Source: Lama guanicoe
Lineage: Eukaryota
Length of the DNA stretch: 64,000 nt
Direction: 5' to 3'
NCBI GenBank assembly: GCA_013239625.1
Contig: MU054187.1
Span: 8,466,358-8,530,357, forward strand
Shown one piece after another: positions 24,700 to 38,714 of the stretch (its first letter is position 1; every line of letters starts with the position of its first letter). Below the pieces are notes generated by a model that saw only the letters and a list, made by a program, of their open reading frames with translations, made no database searches and was not told the origin of the DNA. A program made the position numbers and the translations under genes.

Positions 24700-26326
24700 T
24701 CAGCAGTCAGGCCACACTTCCCTACTCCATTCACTCCCCCACGCTCCTGCACAATTAATTCCCACCTTCCCTTCCCTCTGTTCCTCAAACTCCTAACACC
24801 TAGGCCCCCACGTTCACTCTCATCAGAGGACCCTGCTTCCTACTTTCCCAGAGAACTGCAGGAATCTGAAGGGAACCGTCACAGACTCAGCACCACCAAC
24901 GCCCGCCATCAGCTTCGCACGCCTGCGTGCTGCTTCCTCCCTCATCTGTGAAGAAGCCACCCGTGTCCCTGGCTAACCCAAGCCTCCTCCTGCACCTGCC
25001 TGGAACGGTTCATCTTAGGTGTCAGCTCGGCTGAGCTGTGGCGCCCAGATGTGTGCTCAAACACTATTCTGGATGTTTCTACGAGGGTGTGTTTGGACGA
25101 GATTAACATTGAAATGGGTGGATTTACATCGAAATGCTTTACTCTCAGTAAAGCAGACTGCCCTCCATCATGTTGGCCAGCCTTATCCAATCAGTGAAAG
25201 GCCTGAACAGAACAAGAATGAGCAGCAGAAGGCTTGTGAACTTGACCTTCAGCACTGGCTCTTTCCTGGGTCTTCAGCCTGATGGCTCACCCTACAAATT
25301 GTGAACTTTGTAGCCTCCATAATCATGTATGCAAACTCTTTATAATATATAGGAATATATTATAGTGTATAATATAATACATAGTGTGTATTCTACGGAA
25401 TATATATCATATATCACATACATGCACACATCTTTTTGGTTCTGCTTCTCTCTAGAGCTATCCCTCTCATCAACACAAGGAATTCGCTCCAGGAATTCTC
25501 ACCTTTCTGGTCTGCGTCATCATTTTCTCTTTCTATAGGATCATTTCCATTTGCATTCAAACATGCTGTCATTTCTCTTCTGTATATCTAAGTTTTAAAA
25601 AAACCATACTTGCCCTTAATTGAATGTCCCCCACCAGCTACTGTCCCATCTCTCTGACTCCCTCGCCAACAAAACTTTGTGAAGTTTTATCTGTAGTCAC
25701 TGCCTTCAATTTCACTCCTCTCATTTTCCACTAAGCCTCCTCCGAACACCTTTTCAATTATACCACTGCACGGAAACTTCTCCTGTTGAGAGCAACAGCA
25801 ATTTCTATTTCGATACATTCAAGAGTCACCTCTTGGTCCTCGTCTTACTTGACCTGTCGGCAGCGTTTTCAACAACACCCTGCATCCCTCACTTCCCTCC
25901 CACAGTGCTGACCTGCGTGCTATTCCGCAGAAACGCAGGCACGTGCCTCCTTCCCATCCTGCACTGGTTGTTCCCTCTGACCGGAAAGTTCCTTCCGTTC
26001 CTTCCACTGATGTCAAGTTTCCTCCTTCCTTTAATTCTTTGCTCAACTATGACTTCCTCAGCAATAGCTGACCTTATGATCCTACGTAAAATTAGAATCA
26101 CTCCCACTTCCAGCTCCTTCTCATTCTGCTCTATTTTTTCCACAGCACTTGCTCCTAACATACTGTTCAATATACTTATTAACTGTGTTCTGTTATTTAA
26201 TGTCTGAGCTCCGTAAGTGCAGATTTTTTGTGTGTCTGTTTTGTTCACAAGTACTTTTCAAGTATCAGCAATAATGCTTAGCACATACTTGACACTCGAG
26301 AATATTTGTAGAATAAATGAATGAGG
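24700..26326 (+). mobile_element. L2 element (RT remnant and 3' end) interrupted by an MLT2 LTR
   Basis: LVLLDLSAAF (L2/CR1 RT motif DLSAAFD) at ~25833-25870; ends in GAATAAATGAATGA. Confidence 0.85.
25000..25460 (+). mobile_element. MLT2 (ERVL) LTR
   Basis: GTGTCAGCTCGGCT..GCCCAGAT..TCAAACACTATTCTGGATGTTTCT..GAGATTAACATT..AGTAAAGCAGACTGCCCTCCA..TTGGTTCTGCTTCTCT. Confidence 0.87.
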
Positions 26327-27654
26327 ATGCTCTTCAGCTATCCTCTCTGTTTCCTATTAGTCAGTTAAATTTCCTCCTAATGTAGACCTGCTTCCCTCAC
26401 GATGGGGCAGACAGCTGCTGGCCATTTCCAGGTTCACAGCGTTACAACTCCAGGACCGTACGTGAATGGAGACTTCCCTCTCAACTGCAGCTTGAAAAAT
26501 TCAAGTGAAAGACTTAGGTCACATACCAGACAACTCCTTTGGCCTAGAAGACACATCTTGTGAAAGGACAGCAAATAACGTTTATGTGTCACATGAGATG
26601 TTGGTGACGATGTGACATCTGGGAGAACTGTCCCGAGTGGGCAGCTATCCCAAATTTATTTCTACTAACTCCCCATCACTCCGTCCCTTCTACCAGCAAA
26701 CATTATGAAAGCAGAATTGAAAAAATAATAATGTCCATGCATACAATTGTCAAAGATAACACTACAGCGAGGCGTCCCACAGACACTGCACACTCAGTAT
26801 GTCCAACAAAGTGGGCCCAGCCCTCAGCCCCACACCTGCTCCTCCTCAACAGTCTCCATCTTATCAGGTGGCCCAGTTACAGTCACTCAGGCCAGAAACC
26901 TAAGACTCACCCTAACACCTTCCTCCGCTCCCTCCTTCCAGTCACATGTAATCCAATACCAAGTCCAGCAGCTTCTGCTTCTGAGAACTTCTCTAATCTA
27001 GCCCCCACCATCAACACTTGTTCTTCAGCGGCTTATTTCTCTCCTGATTATCTATTGTACAGTGTAACAGAATTGCTGGGTTATTTATATATTTCTATAG
27101 ATTTGGGGTTCCTGGAGGACAGAAACTGACTTTCAACTCTGTGGATAGTAACAATTCTCCCATATTGCCGCCTGAAGTACCTTGACCAAAGGAAATGGTC
27201 AAATGCCTCACTCCCTTTAATTTTGTACCAAGAGTGTCCTCCGATGTGTTTCCTGAAATGGCCTTCTTGTCTCTGATCTGCGTTCAGGGGACATGCTTCG
27301 ATTTCCAAATGTCCTTATCCAATCCCATTCAAACAACTCTTTGCTCTAATTCTTAGAAACAGTGTTGCCCTTAGTCTTCAGGAATGAAATGTTTTTCACA
27401 GTCCTGAACCTACTCTGGGATTCAGGGTCTTGAGATCCTGGAACTACTCCTATAGTTTAAAAGTGGTCTAAGGAGAATTCCCAGCTCTGACTCAGGTGGA
27501 ACCACGCGTCATGCTCTTTATAGTCAGCTATGTATGTCAGGTTTCTCAGCATTCTGTGAATCAATCACGACTACAAAGAAAATTATCAGAAGTCTTTTTT
27601 CCCACATTATGAGTACTGATTCTAAGGAGACTTCTATTTTTAAATTAAGAACAT

Positions 27655-28125
27655 ATTACTTATTGACTATCCACAGTGCATCAGATATTCTTTTCCAGGA
27701 GCTGAGGACACAGAGATGAATGAAAAGCAGACTCTGATTCTCATATTAGTTGCTGACACACTGACTGGGGAGCGATGCACATTGATGGATAATTGTACCA
27801 TACAGTGATGTGAATTCTGAGGTGCTAGGAGAGGCTGAGGGAAGAGACAGTGAACTCTGCCTGGGAAAGAGCTGGAAAGTCTCCAGCGATGGAGCTTTCA
27901 CACTGAGACTAAATGGGCAGGAGGAAGGGTATGGTGAAGGAGTCGGAAAGAGACATGCCATGTTTGAAAACCAGTACATTCTGTATCCTGAAATACACGT
28001 AGCTTGGGGGGTTCACTGGAAAATGGCAATGTCCTGGTAGAATTATATCATTTCCTTAGTGATTATCTAGTCTGACTTCCTTGTTTATAGATGAGAAAAC
28101 TGAGGCTCAGAGAGAGTTAGTGAAA
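27655..28125 (-). mobile_element. L2 fragment followed by a MIR core
   Basis: GCTGAGGACACAGAGATGAATGA..; ATAGATGAGAAAACTGAGGCTCAGAGAG at ~28088-28115. Confidence 0.65.
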
Positions 28126-30884
28126 AATGTTATCATATCATCTCCCATTCTGTGGGAGTTCCTTCACTGCTGATTTCATACATGTCATGATCACAGTGTT
28201 CTCTTTTAATAAGAATGCACAAGCTAAGTTATTTTCTTGACCTGGCTGCAGCTGGAAAAGGAAAGACCTCACTGCTCTGGATTCTTCTTAACTTGACCTG
28301 TCAAGGCTTCAGCGACCCAGCGGAAAGGATGCTCTGGCTGTAGCCAAAATTCGCATTGTCTAAAGTCATCTTGCGACAGACAGAAGCAAGGCCCCTTCCT
28401 GTTTCTTCCTTGTTTTTCCATTTATTGGTAATGATCAGTTCTAAGGAGGGGGGTAGATTTGAAAATAAATCTATGCATATCACACACACAGTTTTAAAAT
28501 GATCATTGTTCAAGGTTGTTGACAAGTAAAGAATGATCAATGTTAACTGATTCAGTAAACCTAGGATTATTCTAAATTTGTTACACAGGTCATGAGATGT
28601 CCTTCAAATCTGAGTCATCCTAAAACACAGTTTCTACTTCATGGAAACACAGTGCCTGGGACTCTTTGGTTATGAGTCCTTTTTTATAGGACAGTAGCAA
28701 TTTGGACTTTTTAAAGTCCAAAAGCAGACATGATTTCAGCTTCTGGTTCTATTTGGCCAGCATTCCTTCTCAAATACGGCTGTCTTAAAAGAGTGCAAAA
28801 GCAAGAGTTTCAAAGAGGGGCTGAGATATCTTAGTCCCACTAAAGCAGACTGAGAAAACTGACATGAATCAGTCATTTTGGCTTCTAAAAAAGGAAAGAC
28901 TAGCCTTTTAAAAATATTACAGCTGCCTATAAAGTGGAAGGCTATTTTCACATATCTTCCAATGCAATGTAACTAAGAACATTTTTACCTACTGACTCCA
29001 TTTCATTAACTCATACTTGAGACTAAAGAAACTGTTCTGTAGGTGAACTCCACTGAACACAGGAAAACGCACAGGCACAAAGGAAATAAACAAATATGTC
29101 AGGAACAAGCCTTTTGCTGCAACATTTTTGAGCTCTACCTTTGTCTCAAGGTAAGGCAACCACTGCCTAAGAAGTCAACTGCAATATCGCAGGGTGCAAG
29201 CATAAATGATAAAACGAGGAAGGGCCATGCTGCAGTCTAGCAAGACTATTCTATTATAAATCCACCCTGTAAAAACCAAGCCTGGGTGGGACCATTTTGT
29301 TAAAAAAAAAAAAAAGACAATGAGAAGAGCTCATTCAATACAAAAGAAGAAGAATCATAATCAGGAATGAGATGGAAAGTGAAGGCTGGGTCTTTGTCAA
29401 GTAACATGAGAGCTATTTACAGAACTGTTACCCGGTAATTTCACGGCAATGGCACTTCCTCTATTTTAAGTGGTAGTTTATCTCTCTGGTAAAAAAAATA
29501 TATCTATATACTCAATCTTTGGCTGGGAAATTCACTGCTGAAGTTTCTTCCCCCCATTTTTGCTTAATTAAGTAGTTGACAACAATATCCAAGGTGGCAC
29601 AAAGGAACCTACGTCTACTTGAGACCTAAAATGAGTAAAATCTAAATAGCACAATAAGGCAGATTGCAGGCCACCTGCAGGCCCTCACTGTGACTGCTGG
29701 GCAGTAAACAGCCTTGAGTCACACTGTTGTTAGGAGTTTATTCCAGGGTCCCTAGGGATACTGGAGGATTTGATTTTTCTGGACCTTTGGCTGAAACATC
29801 CCACCCACAGAACAAGTCAGGAAAAACCTGTGTAGTGGCCGTGTTGTCTACAACCAAGAGACTCCACCCTCCAGTGGTGTGGATTCCGTCCCCAGTGCCT
29901 CCCTGCGTGGTAACTCGAGAGAGTGAAGTAAGAGGGGAAAGTTCCGTAAATACATATGGAGAATTTCAACATAGAAAGAAAACACTTATTTGAATCAATT
30001 CCTTTAGAAAAATAAAAATTTTAAAGACTTCAGTTTTGGATTCCTTCCCTTAACACGGAAGAGCCATTTTAACTTCGAAATCTGTCCTGTTTTTAGAATT
30101 GGGGTATTAAGCCATGTACTACTGCCCACAAAAGCATCAGAATCACAAACGCTGTGGTCAAAAGTCTTTACCCTTCTTCAGTTGACTGGTGATTTCATAT
30201 GTTCTAGGAATATTTTTATCTTTTGGCATGATGCTCTGTACCATATGGTATAACACACTGACAAGCAAAAAGGGTAGAACTAGTTTGAAATATATACACA
30301 TATATACACACATATATTTATACATTTATATATTCACACACACATACACTGCATGCATAGTGAAAGAAGTTGCATGTATGCCCGCAAAGAAAGAAGGGCA
30401 AAGTTACACATTCTGCAAACTACTGAGATGCTTTGTCCGTGTGAAAAAGGTCTTCCAAAATCCAAAGCAGGAGTAAACGTTCCCTACAAACCTGAAAGCA
30501 TTCAAGAGATGTATCAGGAGCCCCTACACTTCGCTACATCGAGTAATAGTTGAACTGTCTGTAACACTTTTCCACACAATATTTAATGCTGCGTCTCTAA
30601 GTGCAACAGTAACTGCAGCAGTGACACGGTAACAGCTTGCAAAATTCACTGAAGAAGGATTGTTAAAATGGGAACCTCACTAAACTGTCTTTAATTGATT
30701 CCAGAGGGTGAAAATATCCTTCTCCTTTGATTGCAGGTTGCTTCAACATGGTTTTTCTTTTGGAAACAGTGATCTTGAATTGGATTTTACAAGTCTTCAG
30801 AAGGATGAAGAGTGACACTTAGCCTGCTCATTATTCTTTGTGTCAAGAGGTAGTGGCCCCTCAAAGACAACAGGAGAAGCCTCC

Positions 30885-32112
30885 TGACAACGATTTCTTG
30901 GATATGACACCAAAAGCACAGACAAAAGTAAAAATAGACAAGTGGGACTACAAACTAAAAATCTCCTGCCCAACAATTGATAAAATGAAAAAGCACCCTA
31001 CAGAATGGGAGAAAATATTTGCAAATCATCTATCGATAAAGCATTAACATTCATAATGTATAGGGAACTCCAACAATTCAATAGTAAACAAACAAACAAA
31101 TAAACAAACAAAAACCAACAAATGACCTGGTTAAAAAATGGGCAAAGGAAATGAACAGACATTCTTCCAAAGAAGACATACAAATGTCCAACAGGTATAT
31201 GAAAAAGTGCTCAGCATCCCTAAGCATCAGAGAAACGCAAATCAAAACCACAATGAGATATCATCTTATACCTGTTAGGAACACTACTGTCAAAAAAAAG
31301 CCAAGTGTTGGCAAGAATGTGGAGAAAAGAGAAAAAGGGAACCCTTGTACACTGCTGGTAAAGATGTAAATTGGTGCAGCCACTATAAAAAACAGTACGG
31401 AAGTCCCTCAAAAAATTAAAAATAGAGCTACCATATGATCCAATAAGTCCACTCCTGGGTATGTATCTCCCCAAATTGAAATAAGAATCTGAAAGAGGTA
31501 TCTGCATTCCATGTTATTGATAATAGTCCAAGACATGGAAGCAACCTAAATGTCCATCAATGAACAAATGGATAAAGAAAATGTGTTTTATACATGCAAT
31601 AGAATATTATTCAGCCTTGAGAAGGAAAGTCTGCCATTTGTGACAACATGAATGAACCTAGAAGAAATTATAGTAGGTAAAATAAGCCAGACACAGGAAG
31701 ACAAATGCTACATCGTATCACTTATATGAGTAACCTCCAAGAGTCACACTCGCAGAAGAAGAGAGGATAATGGTGGTCCGCAGGGGCCGAGGGGAGGGGA
31801 AAACAGACAGTGTCAGTCAAAGGGGGCAGAGTTTCAGCTAGAGCAGATGAATAAGTCCCAGAGATCTATCGCCCACCGTGGTGCCTGTAGTTTTTACTCT
31901 ATTATACACTTAAAACTTTGCTAAAAGGGTAGACATTATGTTAAGTGTTCTTAATAATAAAAATAATCATAATCACAGGGTGGGAGAGAACTTTTGCAGG
32001 TGATTGATGTGTTTATGGAACAGGTTGTGGCAATGATGGTTTCGCTGATGTACACTTATCTCCAAATTCATCGAAGTGTTTTCATCAGGCATATGTAGCT
32101 TTGTGTATGTCA
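30885..32112 (+). mobile_element. L1MA/L1MB-type 3' fragment (ORF2 C-terminus plus 3'UTR)
   Basis: NDFLDMTPKAQ..KIDKWD..PTEWEKIFANH and [23 protein letters not shown]2 motifs; old L1MA/MB-type 3'UTR. Confidence 0.93.
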
Positions 32113-32529
32113 GAGAGACAGACACACAGACAGACACACGGAGTCCTGCATTACCTGTCTGTTCTCCACTGTATCTAGACAAAGGGCAGTCTGGGCACAC
32201 AGTGAACCTCAAAACCTCTGCTGAGCAAATATGTGGTGCAAAAGCCAGTAAATGGAATCAGGAAAAAGAGGTGTTTTCTCACACTGTCCAACAAATGTGA
32301 CTTCCCCACAACCTGGTGTCAGAAGGAGATTGCAGACTATTACTGCCTGCTCTTTTGAGACTTAACATCTTCTTTTAAAATCCAGATGTACATATTCATA
32401 TCTTAGTTAAATATCTCCTAGAAATGCTTAAAAGTTGTATCAGACCTTTGTAATTTCATTTTTAGTCAAGGGTAGGTGCATATGTTAGAACACTATTGCA
32501 AGAAAACTCACAAAGAATAAGAAAAAAAA

Positions 32530-32760
32530 AAGAACAGTGTTAAATGGTTGGACCTCAAGTCAAGCACTGTGCATCTGAACCTTAACTGCACTATAATTCT
32601 AGCTGTCTGACTTTGGGAGCATTATTAAAATGAGACTCAACTTTTTACCTCTATAAAGTGAGGGAAGTTATTGTGAGGGAGGATTCAATCAATTCAGTCT
32701 AATAACAGCTATAGTCTTGCCTCGGTGTCTCGTAGGTACACAGGAAGTGCTCAGAAGTGT
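32530..32760 (+). mobile_element. MIR SINE
   Basis: CTAGCTGTCTGACTTTGGG..CTCAACTTTTTACCTCTATAAAGTGAGG. Confidence 0.6.
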
Positions 32761-32803
32761 CCCCTGCCATCATTACAACAAGTCAAAACGTGTTCTGTAA
32801 TGC

Positions 32804-33346
32804 TGTTGTCAGAGAGCAGTTTATTGTCTCATCGAAGAATTCAGAAATGAGATACGGAGGTCAAGAAAGCAAAGCGAGGATTTACTAAGTGATGGACAGT
32901 ACGCCCTCAGGGGGAGAGCGGGCAGACCCAGGTGGGTAGCTGCCCCGAGTTTCCTTGGCAAGCTGGTTCTATGGGTGTAAAAATGAGTGGGTAGAATATT
33001 CATCGGTGGGGAGGGGCTTGAGGTCGACTTTCCTGATCTTTATCCCTGCTCCATCTTCCCCAGGGGAGGAGGGATTTTTGTCCTTATTTAGTCTTCATTG
33101 GGAAGTTGGATATAATGAGCAAAAGGTTACACTCAGATGGTGGAGATTTCTGTCTTGTCCCATCTTTCTTTGTCGATCTCCAGGACACTTGTCAACAGAA
33201 AATGCACAGTTATTCATCAGTCTGGAGGTTCCTGTTTTTCTTGATCTGCCTAAGGACCCCTGTTGTTCACAAGATGTGTGGCTTCCTGCCATTGGGCCCC
33301 TGTCCCCCTTTCTCTGCTCATCTCTAGCTACCTGCCTGCTCTAACA
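32804..33346 (-). mobile_element. ERV1-class solo LTR (~540 bp)
   Basis: TG..CA termini, 4-bp flanks ATGC/GTGC; the minus strand shows U3-R-U5 order with AGTAAA and AATAAA near the 3' end. Confidence 0.8.
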
Positions 33347-36300
33347 GTGCTACATACTCAACACACAAAACCAGATTAAAAAGTCAACAATATCGGAGTA
33401 GCTGAACTTATCCATCAGGTGACTGCCTACCATCTAAAGTGGCTAATCCCTTCACATCCCGTCCCAAAGGTACAACACTGCCAAAATACAGGGACATGAC
33501 CAAAAACAACAAGCCACCTGTCTTTTGGGATAAAGTGGTTTGGGGGTCACAGTTCTCAGGTACAGCTAATACACAGCAATGCTTTCACCAGGGCAGTGGT
33601 GATTTTCAAACAGAAAACCTGGCAATATTTATGAGCCATCATCCCACCATCCTTTGTGCTAAAGGCACTAAGGATCAAAATGTTTGTGAGTCTATGTCAT
33701 TAACCACAACCAGACTCAGCCTTTTCACAAAGGAGCTCTGATTCGTTAAATAAAGTACACGGTCCACCTACGCCCAGGAGGGGAATCAAAAGCACAGTTA
33801 TATAAATCCAGAACCTAGACCTGAAAGTTAACAATACGTATTTTTAAACTTTGAATTTTCAGAAGCAGGAATTTTAGGAATTGACTGCATTCCAACTGCT
33901 ATGTTTTCAGTCAGGTTTACAGTGGAGAATAATCATTCCGCCAATATGTGCTCCACTTATAAATATTCATGATAGGTAAGCACTTGCTTATGAAATCTTC
34001 ACTTTGCAATTAAAGTGGCAGAAAAATTGATCTGCATGACATTTGATTTATCATTTGTATATGCAGTTTGTACAGTCTCATATCAATATCTACTCCTCTA
34101 AAGTATTCATATTGTGAACAGATAACAATTACTGCACCAAACTGTTCACTTGTTCATTCATCCTTCATCCTTGCAGCAAATATTCACTGAGGACCTACCC
34201 ACTGCCAGGCACTGTGCCAGGTGCTAAGACTAAAGTAAAGCTTCTGAAGTTTCTTCTTCATTATTACCAGCTATTTAGGATAAAGTTACGAGGAGACATG
34301 ACAATGGATTTAAATCCTGTGATGGTTGCACTTTTATTAAAATTTCTATTAATTTTTGTATTAAGCAATTACAGACTTAATTAATCCTTTCCACCTTCCT
34401 AGAGACAAAAAGTGATCCCATCCCGAATACTTCTGTGTTGAAAAAAAAAGCCAAAGCCATAAAAACGAGCACTTCAGCTATAAAAATGCATGATATAATA
34501 GATGTCACCTTCTCTTATTCAGCAAAGTAGCTTTCTGTAATTTTGTCCTTTGCCTTTCACAGAACAGTAACCTGAAGTAGTTTCAATAGGATTTTACTTT
34601 GGATAAAGTACAAAAATATCCTTCTACAAGAAGCCGTTAATCTTTCCTTTGCAGCTGATGGTTCTCTCTGTGCTCCTCAATTTTTGGGGACATCACTCAA
34701 GTACAGCGTCCCCTCCCCTCAGATCTCTTCACCTCCTCACAGTCACCCTCAGCCATCTCCTCCAGGCCGTGCACAGCAGTAAGGAGGTAGGTACCAAGTT
34801 TGGGAAATTAAAAATCCGACCCAGTCATATCCAGGTCTCAATGCCTGTGGCCTCCGTCATATTTTCAAAAAGATTTCAAAGATTCATGGAGTTACAAAGT
34901 TACATAACAAGCATTCAAATCTGACTTGTAAATTGATGCATAAGGAAGAGAGGCATCAATGAATAGCCCCCAGGAATCTGTGGGGGTGGAGACCAAAAAT
35001 CCTCAAATGCTTATCATTAGCATAGTGATGAAGGTTTTGAGAATTTAAAAATGTTTACTTTCAACCCAGGTCCTCAGGGGCAACCAGCAAAGTCACCCAG
35101 GTCCCAGGCTCTCTGAACCTTCTTCCAAGAGGCAGTACAGTTCAATGAAAAGAGCATGAGGGATACGCCTGCCAGGTTAGCTTTCTATGGCCACCGTAAC
35201 AAAGCACCATGGATCTGTGGCTTTAAACAATGCTAATTTACTATTGTTCGGTTCTGTAAGCCAGTAGCCCAAAATGGGTCTCCCTAGGCTAAAATCAATC
35301 ATTTCCATCTTCCCTTCCCCTCAAAAGTCAACATCACAGTGGGCTGGAACTGGATTTTGGACCCAGGTCCATTCTGTCTTCCCAGCCACGCTCTTTGTCT
35401 CAGACAAGACCTTCTATGACAAAGTTCCATTATTGGAAAAACTGATCCGTGGATGCTTTTACATACATAAGTGGCTGCACATAACTCAGGCAAGCATACC
35501 AGTATTTATCAGCACAGCGTGATTACAGCATTAACCAATCCTCAGTGTTGGCCCAGCTGGCAGTTCTGAACGTCCCAAGACCCAGCAAATACCTACTTTG
35601 GATGTCACACAAAGACAGCAAAGCATGTGCTTTTCAGAACTTACATGTTCCTCTCATTACACGGTAGGAGTACTCTCCATCTCTAGGAACTTTTTTTTTT
35701 TTAAGTTACAAAATAAAATAGTGATGCAGCCCCAAATGTCTCAAATGGCAACAAGACCAAACCAAACTCTACAGCTTAGTAAGGGTCAGGGCAGCACCAT
35801 GCAGTCCCTGATTAGTCACTGAACCAAGAGCCACAAATGTGCCCAGAGAGCCAGCACCTCCTGGGTAAGAACAGAGAGACCCACCTGTTAAAGTCAGCAT
35901 ACTCTTGAGGAGAAAATGACTTTGCTTTCAGCTGCCCACATCCTTTTCCCACATTTTGTTATGAGAAAAGGGGAAGAAACAAGAAAAACATCCTCTAATG
36001 ATGGCAACCTAGTTCTTCTCGTTGACGCAGGAGTGTAACAATGTGAGGGGTCGAGAGCTCCGGGGGTCTTGTTCATGAGTAAATAATTAGAAGGAAGAAA
36101 TAATTGACTTGTGTGACAGAGTGATGTCAACAAACCAACATTTCAAAACAACTCGTTATCTACATAACCTTGACATCTTGCAACTCAAGAAAAAAGCACT
36201 AATTGAATTTTTACTTGACTAAGATTTATCTCAAAAACATTTAAATCTTATTTCTCACCAATTACAGCCTCTTGGGGGTGTGGGGATATGTGTGAGGGAT

Positions 36301-36704
36301 GAAAGAGGTAAAGAAACCCATCCCACTTTTTTTTTTTTCCTCCCTAAACAGCGACTAGGAGAAAGGGGTCTCTGGAAAGTACCAAAGAGACCTGACTATG
36401 CAAGCCACAGCTGTCTTCAAAGTGACCTCACACTTTACAAACACGCCTTCACCTTTCTCATATCTACCTTGTATGGTAGCTGTTACTTCCGTTTTCCGCT
36501 AAGGAAGATGCCTCAGATTACCCCGACTGGTCAGTGGTCACAGAACTGCAGACCCTTTGACTCTCCTGCTGAGGAAGGGATCCTCTCTGATGTCGCCCAG
36601 AAAATGCCATGTGGTGACGTGTCTCTCCTGGGCGCAATCTTTGAGTTCTTTCTCTAGTGGAAGGCTTTTCTCAGCCAGTGCAAGGTCAGTTGTGTTCCCA
36701 CAAT

Positions 36705-36980
36705 GTAGGTTCTCTCCTAAAGCCTCCAGAAGGGCCTCAGCCCTGCTGACACCCTGTTTTAGCTCAGTAACACTCTGATCTCCAGACCTCAAAGAGTCAG
36801 TCTGTGCTGTTCCACACCACTAAATCTGTGGGTAATTTATTATAGCAGCAATAGGAAACTCACACAGATTTTGGTACCCAGAAGTGACATGCTGCTGTAA
36901 CAAATACCTAAAAATGAGAAGTCGCTTTGGAATTGGGCAATGGGCAGAGACTGGGAGAATTTTGACAAGGATGACAGAAA
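36705..36980 (+). mobile_element. MLT1 LTR 3' half plus the start of MLT internal sequence
   Basis: CCACTAAAT..GGTAATTT.TTATAGCAGCAATAGGAAACT..ACA followed by GATTTTGGTACC..GCTGTAACAAATACCTAAAAATG. Confidence 0.85.
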
Positions 36981-36999
36981 TAATGGTAATTTTCCAAAA

Positions 37000-37612
37000 C
37001 AGTTGTGAATATAAGACTTTACCCTATGATTCATCAACCCTCTCATAGGTTTCAAGATTGTAACTCAAGGAAAAAGCTAAGTATATGTCCACAAAAGTTC
37101 TGTAAAAGAATGTTTACATAAGCTTTATTAGCAATAGTCCCAAACTGGAAATAACTAAATGTCCATCAACAGAACAATAGATGACCAAATTGTGGTATAC
37201 ACATATACATACACACACATAATAAAAGTACTATATATATTTTATATATATACACCACAGATTATATACAGAGACAATGCAAACTACTCTGCAGTGAAAT
37301 AGAATAAATGAATTACTGATATATTCAACAACATGGGTGAATCTCAAAATCTTTCTGTTGACAGAAAGAAGCCATGCACAAAAGTAGATATTGCATAATC
37401 CCATTTACATGGAGTTCAAGAACAGACAAAACTAAATCAGAGCCTAGGGGTAGGGCCTTACGAGAACAGTGTGTGGGAAAACTTCCCGGGGTGATGAAAG
37501 TGTTCTATATCTTGATTGGAGTGACAGTTACACAGGTGTGTACATTTATGAGAACTAATTCAACGGTACACTTAAAATCTGCACATTTCATTGTATATAA
37601 ATTTAGCCTCCC
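37000..37612 (+). mobile_element. Ancient L1 (L1MC/ME-type) 3' fragment
   Basis: CCAAACTGGAAA..AAATGTCCATCAACAG..CAACATGGGTGAATCTCAAAA..GTACACTTAAAATCTGCACATTT. Confidence 0.82.
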
Positions 37613-37616
37613 AAAA

Positions 37617-38658
37617 TGTCTGAGACGTATCCTTGCAGCCTTTTCCATTTTTAAGAAAGATAAAAGCAATGCTGACACTGAGCTGCTTGCTTGGCACTCA
37701 AAGTGTGGACAAGAAATGATGTTTGCCGTTTCAGTAAACAAGGAATGTTGCCAGCCGTCAGCCACTGCAGCCACCCCCGATGGTGTGGTGTGTCCTGAGA
37801 GGAATTCAGGATGGGGAAAAACAGGATACTGGCACTAGACAGTGAAGACGCATTATCAAAGAAATAATTTCAATGAGCACAGACTCTTGCATCTACCCAT
37901 TTATGGAAAAGCCTGAAATCATTAACTTGAGATGTCTGGTTTTTGTGATCAGCAGCAATCTTTTGATGTTAACTACATTTTTGTTTTCCAGCAAAAACTC
38001 CCATATAGCCTGGTTCCTCCCTTACGTCTTTGGAACAGTGTCTCAGAGACATCTGAGCGGCTGTCTCCCGGGCTATGTAGTCCTCAGTAAGGTCCCCAAA
38101 TGAATGAAACATAGCTCACAACTTGTAGGTTGTGCATTTTTTTCAATCAACAATAGCTACCACACTTTGCTCTTCTGCTGAACATAAACAGTTGCACAAA
38201 CATTAGGCCATGCCACTCCATGACTATTCTGGATAAAGTCAGAAACAAGATCAATCTATAATCACGTCTAAATACTGACAAAATCATGAACACTGTCTAA
38301 ATGAATAAAAGGACCAAACACCCTCCAACCCTTACTAACACTCGTATTTGTTGCTCATTTACGAATTACTGATTTAGCCTTAATCCATTCCTCTTCATTC
38401 ACAGAGGAGGTTTATTTAGGTGTCCAGTCATAGATTAGCTCCAGCTTTCTGAGAGTATCTTACCCACAGAGCAAAACCTTGCTTCCTTGAACCCTTCCCA
38501 AAGTCACATAACACAAACCCAAATCCTTTAAATGGGTCCTTCGTAACACCCATCCCTAGAATGAATGGTGTGTCTTCCTTCTCGCTGCCATAAGCGAGAA
38601 CTCAGCTTGTTCCACTGCAGGTGTGTGCCTGGTGGTCTTCGGCTGGAGGTCACTGACA
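37617..38658 (+). mobile_element. MER34/MER39-type ERV1 LTR split by a younger LTR
   Basis: Ends in CAGGTGTGTGCCTGGTGGTCTTCGGCTGGAGGTCACTGACA, like the MER34-group 3' end. The 5' boundary is uncertain. Confidence 0.7.
37704..38152 (+). mobile_element. Nested ERV1-class solo LTR (~450 bp)
   Basis: TGTGGA...TCAACA imperfect inverted termini with 4-bp flanks AAAG/ATAG. Confidence 0.7.
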
Positions 38659-38714
38659 CCATGTATATGAACATATTCTGTGTGTAATTTTTCTTTTTAC
38701 TTAATATATCTTGA

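Noticed and set aside
25833..26207. 124-aa ORF starting with an RT-like motif (LDLSAAF)
   Set aside because: Only the first ~12 residues match L2 RT; degenerate L2 relic with a non-ATG start.
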